A DNA stretch of 64,000 bases from a virus. The stretch is from the IMG/VR virus record IMGVR_UViG_3300021180_000008, positions 9,568 through 73,567 of that record; one strand, written 5' to 3'. The notes beneath the pieces are model-generated. The model ran no database searches. It saw only the letters and a list, made by a program, of their open reading frames with translations, and was not told the DNA's origin. This document shows positions 8,858-18,606 of this stretch, one piece after another. A program made the position numbers and the translations under genes. The stretch's first letter is position 1; each line of letters begins with the position of its first letter.

Positions 8858-9401
8858 CCGAGAAATCATTAAGAACTGAAGCAGAAGAGCAGCGTAAAGA
8901 TGCTCTAAAAGAAGAGAAGCTGAAAGCTTTAGCGAAGCTCTTGGATAGAGAAGCAGCTGAAGACAAGCACTTCCAAATCTCTATGTCAGCTTTGAGAATA
9001 TGTATGACTAAGGTAGAAGAAGCTGATACATTAGAGGAAGTTAAGACTCAGACTTCTCTTGCATTAGGTGGGAGGTCGTTCTAATGCCACAGGTTATTAT
9101 AGGCTATACCCTATACAACAGTGCTACGCGCTCATGGAAGACACCTAGTAACTGGTGGTCTAACAAAGGGCGTCATAAAGCACGTATCTTCAAGACTGAA
9201 GAAGCAGCACGAAGAGCTGTAGGATCGACTATTACACCAGAGTACCAAGCTTATAATACTATGGTTGAAAGCCTTAGGCAATCAGCCAGAGCTAATGGAA
9301 CTCCGTTCTCGTATCCTGCTATGTTCGAGGGTGCTAGATATGCGCCTAATACAGAACATGCAGTTATAACACCTGTATATATAGAAGAGGGAAGTCAATG
9401 A
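8854..9401 (+). other. Two small hypothetical genes (8854-9084, 9084-9401)
   Basis: Coupled ATGA/TAATG junctions with SDs. Confidence 0.6.
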
Positions 9402-9856
9402 ATAATCCAATACTAGACGATCCTACTAATGAGTGCTATATCAATGAGGATTCTTGTCGTAAGGAGATCTTCGTATTCGGTTCTAATCTAGGTGGCTTTC
9501 ATGGCTCAGGTTCAGCAGCCGCAGCTAATGCAGAACACGGAGCACCATATGGCCTAGGTGTCGGTCCTTGGGGTAACTCCTATGCTATCCCAACCAAAGA
9601 TAGCAACATAGAAGTACTGCCTAGGAAAGTAGTACAACTTTATTGTGAACAGTTTGTTCTTTATGCCCTTGAACATCCTGAGCTTACCTTTAACATTGTG
9701 GATATAGGGTGTGGTCTGGCAGGATTTAGACCTGAGCAGATCGCCCCTTACTTCATGGACGCACCACCTAACTGTAACTTCTTAGGCAAGTTTAAAGAAG
9801 TTATCGAGAAACGTAAAGCATTAAAATCAACAGAGGAGTTAAACGACAATGAGTAA
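9398..9856 (+). CDS. Macrodomain-like phage protein (A1S_2505-type)
   Basis: IFVFGSN-G-HG-G-A, SYAIPTK and IGCGLAG motifs. Confidence 0.75.
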   Translation: MNNPILDDPTNECYINEDSCRKEIFVFGSNLGGFHGSGSAAAANAEHGAPYGLGVGPWGNSYAIPTKDSNIEVLPRKVVQLYCEQFVLYALEHPELTFNIVDIGCGLAGFRPEQIAPYFMDAPPNCNFLGKFKEVIEKRKALKSTEELNDNE

Positions 9857-10448
9857 GAAGAATCATCCGGCACTGAAGGTACTTAAAGCCGAGCTTAAGA
9901 AGGCAGAAGCAGCCGAAGCAAAAGCTATTAAACTTAGGGATAAGCTTGAGGCTGAGAAAGATAAGCTTCAAGAGCGCATAGATGATCTGGACTCTGAATG
10001 GTACGACGCAGATAATAAAGTTGACGAACTGAATAATGAAGCAACCGAGATACAGGATAAGATTGATCAAGTTGAGAACTATGATCCTTCTAAAGCTGTA
10101 CCTGAGAAAGGTGCTTTCACAGCTTATAAGAAAGTCTTTAATAAGACATACGGTCATCAGCTTATCGCTGTACTTGAGATTCCCGCTAAGGCTAAACGCG
10201 TAACGCCTCATACCGGTTACAATGATTATAAGAGCCGTGCCTCAGCTGCTAAGGTTGTAGCTTTTGAAATGATGGATGGCAGCCCACTTAAGATTAAAAC
10301 TGCCCGTGGTATTTACCACAACTCAGACTTTGTCTATAAGCTCGGACAAGTTGCTAAGCCCGAAGCTAAGTTTGATCCATGCATGACTGATGCTTGCCGG
10401 TCAGGTATCCACTTCTTCATGGATCGTGACTCTGCTGTAAGGTATTAA
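9849..10448 (+). CDS. Coiled-coil plus DUF5758-like domain protein
   Basis: G-F-AYKK...LEIPA-AKR...K-RA--AKV...FD...C-SGIHFF. Confidence 0.7.
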   Translation: MSKKNHPALKVLKAELKKAEAAEAKAIKLRDKLEAEKDKLQERIDDLDSEWYDADNKVDELNNEATEIQDKIDQVENYDPSKAVPEKGAFTAYKKVFNKTYGHQLIAVLEIPAKAKRVTPHTGYNDYKSRASAAKVVAFEMMDGSPLKIKTARGIYHNSDFVYKLGQVAKPEAKFDPCMTDACRSGIHFFMDRDSAVRY

Positions 10449-10793
10449 GCCATGAATTTGTGCCCAGTCCCACCCCATCACACTGATCCTGAAGTCAAGG
10501 CGGCCCCAGGTCAAGTTATCAATGAACTAGCTAACGCCCTTAAAGAGATAGCTACGGCTGATGATAAGATGACTGCTGTTATGATGAGGGCTATAGCTAG
10601 GTCAATTCTAAGGAGACATAACAAGTGGTAGTCCAGTATATCGTTACAACATCCCTAAAGATCTTACTAGCCGTGTTAGTGGCTGGTTTAGTTGAGATAG
10701 GGTATTGGTCGATTACTATCATGGACTTGGAGGGGGTAAAGAAGTCAATTGAGACTTCAGCCTTAGGTCACTGTACTATTAAAGGAGCTGAAA

Positions 10794-11279
10794 ATGCCTT
10801 CGATGTCACTGTTATCGGTGCTACTGATACCCTACACCACCCTAGCCTACGTCATTCACGCAGGAGACATATTACCGGGGACGAATAAACAGCTTAGGCT
10901 GGCTCTATGTGCTATACCATTTGGCTTGGCTAGCTACCTAGCGGGGGACATTAGTATTGCGCTAATAGCCTCTGTAATGGCTTATATAGGTACAAATATA
11001 GGCCCAGAGAACTTCTGGCTTATGGGCAACGGTACACCAGAGTTTAGGAGTAATATTGTTACAAGAATAGTGGAAGCTTTGAAACTAAAGTTCCCTACCT
11101 TACCTTACTGTATAGCTGGTATGGCTATTAAGGGGTTTGTAACTAATCCTCTATTTGGATGGTTCTTATGTCCCTTGGCCTATTATATCAGTTCAAGGGC
11201 TCCAAAAGTATCATTTGATCTAGGTTCCTTAATACTGGGTGTATTCTATGGTGTAGCGCTTTATCTAGTAGCGAGGTAG
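10794..11279 (+). CDS. Multi-pass membrane protein
   Basis: AAGGAG SD; several hydrophobic segments. Confidence 0.65.
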   Translation: MPSMSLLSVLLIPYTTLAYVIHAGDILPGTNKQLRLALCAIPFGLASYLAGDISIALIASVMAYIGTNIGPENFWLMGNGTPEFRSNIVTRIVEALKLKFPTLPYCIAGMAIKGFVTNPLFGWFLCPLAYYISSRAPKVSFDLGSLILGVFYGVALYLVAR

Positions 11280-11810
11280 TATCATGCTTAAAGCCATACA
11301 GTTCTTTACGATTATTTCGTTTATTGCCTGTATAAGCAGTATTATTACGTTTAAGCTTATGTTGGTGGAATTTAAGACTGACCATGCCGTTGTTATCATA
11401 CCACATACGGATGGTAATTTTGTACTTCATGACTCTGACTTGGAAAGGGCTAAGCATGATAATGACAAAAGACGGCAAAGGACTATGCTTGGGAAAGCTA
11501 ACCTTAGAGGGAAAAGCCAAGCTAAGGAAATACAAGGTTAACGATAATATAGTTAACCAAGATAGAGTTGAAGCTTTAAAGATTATCGAATATGTCAAGA
11601 AGAAATTCAATAGGGACTTATTGGGGGAGTATGTGGATACTGTATCCAGACATGCTTTTAAAAGAGTTAACCTATGGAATCTATCGCCTAAGCAACTAGC
11701 TAACTGGCGATGGTATAGTAAGTTTGAGTTGTCCCTTATTGAGAATATACGTAAGGATAAGCAGCTTGAGGTAAAAAGTAAAATAAAATTAATCAATGGA
11801 GGAGATAACT

Positions 11811-12206
11811 ATGCCTAATGCAATGTTCACAACTGACGGAGCTCAACAACGCCAATACAATCACATTAACGGTTCACGCGAACTTAAGGTTGCCTTGACT
11901 TCGGGAAACAACCGTGGTAAATACTTTACTTCACACACTCTTCGCGAAACTGTTAATGCTGGTGGTCAAAGCCTGTCTTCCAATTACGTTGCTGCACGCA
12001 TGGCTAGTTTTTATAAGGATGGGTTAGTTAAACGTAAACTTGTTCGCAGCCCTGTTAATAAAGGTCCTGCCAAGGTTTGGGCATTTGCTTGGAAGAAGAA
12101 CGCGCCAGTTAGTGTTAAGTCCGCAATCTTCCGTGTCGGTACTAACCCCGCAGCCACATATGTAAGGGACAATAATGTCACTATTACACCTGACGCAACA
12201 AATTAA
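11811..12206 (+). CDS. Putative winged-helix DNA-binding protein
   Basis: GGAGGA SD; FTSHTLRE...LSSNYVAARMASFYKDGLVKR...WAF wHTH-like pattern. Confidence 0.55.
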   Translation: MPNAMFTTDGAQQRQYNHINGSRELKVALTSGNNRGKYFTSHTLRETVNAGGQSLSSNYVAARMASFYKDGLVKRKLVRSPVNKGPAKVWAFAWKKNAPVSVKSAIFRVGTNPAATYVRDNNVTITPDATN

Positions 12207-12222
12207 GAAAAGGATAATTAAA

Positions 12223-13110
12223 ATGGTAACACCACAAGAGAATCCTGATCTTACTTATTCTAGAGGCCATGCTCTGAGTACAGGTGAATTTACAACATGG
12301 AACCCAGTGCGAAGCCTTCATGCTTTCTCTAAGACAGATTTGGATACTGATCCTATCTTCTTGGGCATGGAGTGGGAAGTGACACATGAAGGTTCTAATT
12401 ATAGAAATATGATTAAGAAAGCTGCCTCCTTACCAATCTTCGATAAGATTAACTTCGGTAATGGTGGTGCTCCTATCGAGATGCGTACTTGCCCAGGGAC
12501 TTATCGCTATCTGTCTAAGGTCATTTCTGAAGAGTTCTTTGGTAATAATCTGCAACAGGATATGTATATCACAACTTCAAATGGCATACATGTGCATATT
12601 GATAAGAAGACAGGCTTCCCATCTACTACATCCCTTAATAAGTTCTGTGTGTTTATTAATCTTCCTACGCATAAAAGTTTTATTCAGGAGATTAGTGGCA
12701 GGGCTATGACTAATTGGTGTGCTCCTAATGTAATGGATGTTAAGTACTTCGTAGACCTGTCTAAGCTGCCTAAGAAAGCAGTAGCCATAGAGTCTCTGAA
12801 TAGACTTACTCGTATTGTCGGGGGTGTTAATAAGAATGTTGAGGGCTCAGGTAAACACGTAGCCGTTAATATTTCTGGTCATGCTTCGACAGTGGAACTT
12901 CGTATCTTTGCTTCACAAGCACAAGAAGCTGCTGTCCTTAAGAACCTTGAGTTTGTAGATGCAGTGATTAGGTTTACCAGAACTCGTATGTATAACAAGT
13001 TGACTATTGAGAACTTTGTTAAATATGTTGAAGAACATCAGAATGACTATCCCAATCTCTATGCTCATTCAGCTATCGTTTCACGTATTAAAACACAGAA
13101 GATTGCTTAA
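12223..13110 (+). CDS. Putative amidoligase (COOH-NH2 ligase, glutamine-synthetase-like fold)
   Basis: FLGMEWEV, IEMRT-P, NGIHVHI, TVELRIF motifs. Confidence 0.82.
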   Translation: MVTPQENPDLTYSRGHALSTGEFTTWNPVRSLHAFSKTDLDTDPIFLGMEWEVTHEGSNYRNMIKKAASLPIFDKINFGNGGAPIEMRTCPGTYRYLSKVISEEFFGNNLQQDMYITTSNGIHVHIDKKTGFPSTTSLNKFCVFINLPTHKSFIQEISGRAMTNWCAPNVMDVKYFVDLSKLPKKAVAIESLNRLTRIVGGVNKNVEGSGKHVAVNISGHASTVELRIFASQAQEAAVLKNLEFVDAVIRFTRTRMYNKLTIENFVKYVEEHQNDYPNLYAHSAIVSRIKTQKIA

Positions 13111-13113
13111 GGG

Positions 13114-13748
13114 ACTACACCCTTAAGGAAGTAACGTGGGTCGGATCGTCCTTAATCCTATCCGCATATATCAAAACTTTATTTAGCTTATCCAGACTAG
13201 CCATCGAGGTGGGTTTGCGACTGCGTCTTCCTCTCTTCGCAAGGAGAGATAGAGCGAAGCTCGTTTACCGGCTTATGACGTGTGCCGTATCTGGTGTAGC
13301 GGATAGAGTATTGCTGTAAACTAGACGAATCAGGTTGAAGGCCTACCAACGCGGCCCTGCTAAAGGGTTTCAAGTGTAGGACTATATATCTGTCTATCTA
13401 GTCGTAGGCTGGTAATCGCTGATGGTTTTCAACGACCTGACGCAACCCAATCGCCACTAAGGGGTAGACTGAATAGGGGATTCTCTACTTGGTTATGCCT
13501 AATATAAAGTGACTAGTAGTTCAGCCTGATGTAAATAGTACCAGTTCCTGGTCTTTGGGTTTAGCGAAAGTCTGCAGATTGCCGTTCTTTACGGAGTGTA
13601 ACAGTTTGTATAGCTTTATTCGAGATAATCTTAATCAGTCATAATACTTAATAGGCTAAGGAGCTGTGAAGGAGTTAGACTAGTCCGTCGGACACTGACT
13701 TTGGACAGGATGTCACTCCCTCTTACGTTACTTCCTTAAGGGTGTAGT
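13114..13748 (+). ncRNA. Large (~635 nt) highly structured non-coding RNA candidate closed by a 24-bp terminal stem
   Basis: ORF-free; ACTACACCCTTAAGGAAGTAACGT (13114-13137) is the exact reverse complement of 13725-13748; many nested internal helices and a GCAA tetraloop. Confidence 0.78.
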
Positions 13749-13756
13749 AAACGCAC

Positions 13757-16165
13757 ATGAAATCAATAAAGAAAGCTGTCGAGATACACTTTAAGAATAA
13801 TCAGGTTTTTGATATAGATTATAAGCCTGAGGATATAAGACTAGATGTTATAGACTGTATCGAGCTTTATAATGTCCCAATGAACCTATTCTTTTCTCAG
13901 TTAGCTGAAGCGATGGTTGCTTTGAAGGCTAAATATGTAGATTCAAGTAATCTGGTGTTTGGGCATTACGGAGAAAGACAGGGACTTGGGACTGAAAACC
14001 TATTTGTATTCGCCTACAAACTATACTCTGTAAAGGAAAAAAGGGAGATTGTAATGCTACCTAAGTACATGGCTTCATTGGTCACTGGACCTGCTCCAGA
14101 TATTAAAGAACGGCAAGAGACTAGTATGCATCTCTTTGTTGATGTTCTTAAAGAAATGGCCAATGATGAGTCTGAGTTGTGCAAGAAGAACAACCGTTCT
14201 TGGCTTGCCAAGGATATGTTTGCTTCGCATCCTAAGGTACATAGGGGATACTATCATCATAAGCATGAGGGAGTTCTTTATGTTATTGATGCTGTATCAG
14301 GGGATAAGATACGCAAGGATGAGTCTTGCCTGACCACTGAAGGTACGTTTATTCATAAGAGCCGTACCGAGCATTCCAACTTTCAGCAGATGTCACACTC
14401 TACCAGAAATAGACTAATAGCAGTAGGACGTGCATCAGTACCTGTTAACGATCCTATACTGAGTAGTCTCTATTTCTATGAACCTGGTTCACATCTATAT
14501 ATCAAATATAAAGCAGAGCAGTGGAAGATTGCCCTTGCTATGCCCAGAGCTTTGAGAAGCATTTGTCAATTGTGGTCAGCCTACTGCGCTTATAGCGGCT
14601 CTCAGACCTTGCCTGAATCGGTTGATGATATCGTAGGAGCATGGACTGCTTTCCTTGGCTTTGCTGGCAGGAATAGAACTCAAGAAGAACAGCTTTACGA
14701 GTGTCTTCGTCTTACTTTGGAAGCTACTGGCAACAACTTTTATATAGTACCAAAGGATTCCCCTCTATTCCCCGGTATGGTTCTGGAAGATGGTGATCGG
14801 CTGGGACAGATGATTGCTCAGAATCCTTATGGCTCACGTAAGCCAGTGATATGTCTTAATCAAGAGATGCGTGTATTCTGGGATGCAGGTAACCTAGGTC
14901 CCAATAGGGCTATTGTTCCTGTTAGCTTGGGAACCTTTCCTTTTGACATCTGTGTTAATGTAACTGCTCAGCAAACCATCTCTTCGAGCACTAATCAACA
15001 GACCCGTAATAACTATGGAGAACTACTTCAACACTCAGCCCGAGTTAATGAAGTTAAGGTCTGCTTTATGATGACCGATGCAGAGAAGAAAGTCTTTGAC
15101 TATAAAGAGAACCAGCTTAAGGAGGCTTTGGCTACACATAAGGCTAATCGCACTAAAGCTTTGGCTGAAGGTAAGCCGTTTATCGAGGCAGCTCCCAGAC
15201 GTGCAACTGAAGATGAGCCTATCTTCCTTGGCATGGAACTTGAAGTGCTACTTAAGTCAGCTTTACAGAACTCTGCCAGCATGAAATCTTTGATTAAGGA
15301 GATTGCTGACTCTAAAGTAGGTAATCACGTAATCACTAAAGCAGATGGGTCTATTGGCTCGTATGGTATAGAGATTGTGACTATCCCAGCAACCTTGAAA
15401 TATCATAAGGATATCCTAGATAAACATTTCTTCTCCCCTCCTAATGAGTTTAACCGTAGGTTGATGGCAGCAGATACATGTGGTATTCACGTCCATATCT
15501 CTAAGAAGTCATTGACTACACAGAAGCTTGGGCAGTTGATGGCTTTTATTAACAATAATAAGAACGGTTCATTCATTAATGCTTTGGCTGGTAGAGCCCC
15601 TAATAACTATTGTGTACGATCAGCAGTATTGGGCAACAATACCAAGGGTGTTGACGTATCCGCTAAGGTAGTTAAGAAGGCTTGTAAAGACGGGGATATC
15701 AAGAAGGGGCTTGCCTTCCGGCGTATTGAAGGGGCATCTCACTATGATGCTGTTAATATCCAGAACGCTAATACCGTAGAAATCCGTATCTTTAAATCTT
15801 CTACAGACAAACACCGTATCTTCCGTATACTTGAGTTCTGTGAATCTCTTGTCAAGTTTGTACGTTGTCATGGTATGCAGCAAATGACTGTGTATGACTA
15901 TGTACAGTTCCTGCTTAGAAAAGAGAACCAAGAAGATTATCACCACATGATACTTTGGCTTGCTTCTAAGAATATGATTGGACACACAACTAAATACGCA
16001 AAAGATCCTAAGACGGGAGAGTTGCGTAAGAAGTTGATACACGTATATGGGGAAAACTTGATACCTTTCCCCAGCTCCTTGTTCCATGCTAATAAGGAAA
16101 ATTACCCTGAGTATTACGCTAAGCTTAATAAGTCAACAACCAAAACCAAGGAAAAGGAAGCATAA
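13757..16165 (+). CDS. Putative amidoligase with a long N-terminal extension
   Basis: C-terminal FLGMELEV, KADGSI, GIEIVT-P, CGIHVHIS, TVEIRIFKS motifs. Confidence 0.85.
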   Translation: MKSIKKAVEIHFKNNQVFDIDYKPEDIRLDVIDCIELYNVPMNLFFSQLAEAMVALKAKYVDSSNLVFGHYGERQGLGTENLFVFAYKLYSVKEKREIVMLPKYMASLVTGPAPDIKERQETSMHLFVDVLKEMANDESELCKKNNRSWLAKDMFASHPKVHRGYYHHKHEGVLYVIDAVSGDKIRKDESCLTTEGTFIHKSRTEHSNFQQMSHSTRNRLIAVGRASVPVNDPILSSLYFYEPGSHLYIKYKAEQWKIALAMPRALRSICQLWSAYCAYSGSQTLPESVDDIVGAWTAFLGFAGRNRTQEEQLYECLRLTLEATGNNFYIVPKDSPLFPGMVLEDGDRLGQMIAQNPYGSRKPVICLNQEMRVFWDAGNLGPNRAIVPVSLGTFPFDICVNVTAQQTISSSTNQQTRNNYGELLQHSARVNEVKVCFMMTDAEKKVFDYKENQLKEALATHKANRTKALAEGKPFIEAAPRRATEDEPIFLGMELEVLLKSALQNSASMKSLIKEIADSKVGNHVITKADGSIGSYGIEIVTIPATLKYHKDILDKHFFSPPNEFNRRLMAADTCGIHVHISKKSLTTQKLGQLMAFINNNKNGSFINALAGRAPNNYCVRSAVLGNNTKGVDVSAKVVKKACKDGDIKKGLAFRRIEGASHYDAVNIQNANTVEIRIFKSSTDKHRIFRILEFCESLVKFVRCHGMQQMTVYDYVQFLLRKENQEDYHHMILWLASKNMIGHTTKYAKDPKTGELRKKLIHVYGENLIPFPSSLFHANKENYPEYYAKLNKSTTKTKEKEA

Positions 16166-16166
16166 G

Positions 16167-17654
16167 ATGTGTGTCATTATTTGTAAACCAGCAGGTAAAG
16201 AGTTGGCTGAGACAGATGTAAGGGGAGCACACCGTGCAAATCCTGATGGTTTTGGTCTGATGTATTATGACGAAGAGAAGAAAGACATCTTTGCCCGTAA
16301 AGAAGTCTTTAAAGAGCCTGATAAGATTATTAAGGCAGTAAAGGCTTTGAAGGATGTAGACGCTTGCTTCCACTTCCGCATACGTACCCATGGCCCTATT
16401 GCCTATCAAACATGCCATCCATTCCGTGTAACTAACAAAGAGAAGCACGGCATGACCATTTATCTTATGCATAATGGTATTATTCATGGTATGAAAGAGA
16501 AGCAAGATGAATCGGATACTCAAGCTTTTGTAAACTCATATCTTCATGAGTTGCTTAAGCGTGATCCATCTATGATTGAGTCTGAAGCTTTCCGTGACCT
16601 GATTGAGAACAAGATCGGAGCCAATAACAAGCTATGCTTTATGTATGGTGAAGGCAAGATCATCCGCTTTAACGAGCGTTCTTGGATGAAGCATGAAGAT
16701 ATGGATGTATCTAACCGTAACTTTGTTAGTTATGGAGGATATAATAACTACGACTACACTTCTGGACGAAGAAAGAAGTCATGGGAAAAGGATGAAGACA
16801 GCACTAAAAGCAGCGCTGGGACCTCCAGCCCCACAGTCATTCCGGTATCGGCCCCCAAGATGGGAGATAAAGGAAAAGTTGCTAGTCTGTGCGGTACTCC
16901 TGTCGCTGTGGGGAGTTCTGTCTTTATCACTCATCGGCAAGAGCCTGACTGGTATGCTGAAGGGAAGATTACCGATATCAATAGCTCTTTTAGCGTCGCT
17001 GTTACTTTTACTGACAGGTTCAACAAACCAGTTAGCTTCGCTTTTTTCACATCAACCGGAGTATCAACCTACGCCTCAGCAGATGTGGGCTATCAGTGTA
17101 TACCCATGAACCGCAAGTCGCCAGATATGGATAAGACTATCAGGACATTGACAGCGTCTACCACCGATCCTCTGCCTAAATCAGATGATGTATGTTTGCT
17201 TGAAGATAAGAGTGATAAAAAAAAAGAGGAGCAGACTCAGTCCGTGACCAAAGAAGCGCACACTTTGAACGTATCACACGGTACTTTGACTGTGGATGCT
17301 AACTCTCGTTGGGGTGGCGAGCTTCTTAATAACGAGAATGGGAAGGTCTATGACATTACCTATGAAACAGGTACTAGCTTCGTAGACATCTTTCTTATGA
17401 GCCCTCAAGATCGTTTCAACTTCTATATGAACAACGTTCAAGAGTCCTTTAATATGTGGCAAGACTTGGTCGAGAAAGTGATCTCTGATCAAGTTGACGA
17501 GGGTACTCTAGCTTATGAGAATGGTATTCTTATGGAGCTAGTACCGCCTGACACTGAAGATGACGATGAAGAAGAGAGCATGTCTAAAGAAGAGATGGAA
17601 GCAATGCATGATGCTCAAGATGTCATGATGATTGCTGCAGGAATGAAAGCTTAG
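16167..17654 (+). CDS. Class II (Ntn) glutamine amidotransferase with a C-terminal extension
   Basis: N-terminal MC, NPDGFG, HFRIRTHG, CHPF, MHNG, SDT motifs. Confidence 0.9.
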   Translation: MCVIICKPAGKELAETDVRGAHRANPDGFGLMYYDEEKKDIFARKEVFKEPDKIIKAVKALKDVDACFHFRIRTHGPIAYQTCHPFRVTNKEKHGMTIYLMHNGIIHGMKEKQDESDTQAFVNSYLHELLKRDPSMIESEAFRDLIENKIGANNKLCFMYGEGKIIRFNERSWMKHEDMDVSNRNFVSYGGYNNYDYTSGRRKKSWEKDEDSTKSSAGTSSPTVIPVSAPKMGDKGKVASLCGTPVAVGSSVFITHRQEPDWYAEGKITDINSSFSVAVTFTDRFNKPVSFAFFTSTGVSTYASADVGYQCIPMNRKSPDMDKTIRTLTASTTDPLPKSDDVCLLEDKSDKKKEEQTQSVTKEAHTLNVSHGTLTVDANSRWGGELLNNENGKVYDITYETGTSFVDIFLMSPQDRFNFYMNNVQESFNMWQDLVEKVISDQVDEGTLAYENGILMELVPPDTEDDDEEESMSKEEMEAMHDAQDVMMIAAGMKA

Positions 17655-17668
17655 GAGTTATAATACAA

Positions 17669-18388
17669 ATGCATGAATACAAATGGGAAATTATCTATCT
17701 TGATAGAGACCCTAGGGAATGTGCGAGACAGCTATGTGATGAGGACCTTAAGAATCAGGTAATGGACTTACCTATAATGATGTCTTATTGTGCCAGATGT
17801 TCTGGCAGAAATGAGTCACAGACATACGCTTCTTATAACGTTCCTATCAACAACAGATCTTCGATGTTAGCTGATTGGGCTGTAAATCGAGAAGCTAATT
17901 GGAAATATCTTTGGATACATTGGACTGAGTGTTTGAAAGAGCATAAGCACCGTTTTGGTATAGATGCTAAGTCAATAGAGCTAGTAGGGATACTAGAAGC
18001 TTACCCAGGCCGCAGACGTTATCGTATGCTTAGTGGGGCTCCAGCTGCAGATAGATTGGTAGCACCACCTTATCTAGGTCCTTCTGAGTTCACTATAGAC
18101 AATAATATGACCAATGAGCGCAGCACTTCTACACTTAACTCTTATCGTAATATGTATAAGAAACGAGCAGGGATGGAGTTTACTAAGAGGACTGCTCCTC
18201 TATGGCTTACTGGACAGCCAGCACCACCTCGTATACGTACGCCTAGAGACGAAGAACGTGTAAGTTCAAGACCGACGCGGGCGACCGCTGCTAGACATAG
18301 AAACGCAGCGCGAGAAACCTTAAATGATCTCCTTCGTAGTTATGAAGAGAGAGAAGAAAGGTCAGCCAATGCCTTCAACCCTAGATGA
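17669..18388 (+). CDS. Diverged pyrimidine-dimer glycosylase (DenV/Pyr_excise)-like protein
   Basis: IIYLDRDP..CA..LCD, W...NW.YL....E...RFG, SYR..Y..K, F..R..P.WL pattern. Confidence 0.55.
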   Translation: MHEYKWEIIYLDRDPRECARQLCDEDLKNQVMDLPIMMSYCARCSGRNESQTYASYNVPINNRSSMLADWAVNREANWKYLWIHWTECLKEHKHRFGIDAKSIELVGILEAYPGRRRYRMLSGAPAADRLVAPPYLGPSEFTIDNNMTNERSTSTLNSYRNMYKKRAGMEFTKRTAPLWLTGQPAPPRIRTPRDEERVSSRPTRATAARHRNAARETLNDLLRSYEEREERSANAFNPR

Positions 18389-18606
18389 ATTACAAGAGTT
18401 TAAAGCTGGGACTAAGCTAGTCAGGCAACAAGCTAGGCAATCTGTATCCCTAAACACTTGGTCTCAATATCTTGCCCCTTTGTTTGATGCTTTAGAAATT
18501 GAGCTGGAACAGCAGATAGAGAACGTAGCAAATGAAACCGTAGAAGTTGATTACGGTCATGATGAGGAGTTAGAATTTGATGATTCGGAAAAGGAGTAAA
18601 GGTCAA

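Noticed and set aside
13114-13748. MITE/IS remnant, retron ncRNA or group I intron as explanations for the 24-bp inverted repeat block
   Set aside because: No target-site duplication or transposase. No reverse transcriptase in the window. TTCAACGACC resembles an intron R element, but I could not build a P3-P7 core, and the flanking genes are separate complete ORFs. Not fully excluded without cmscan.
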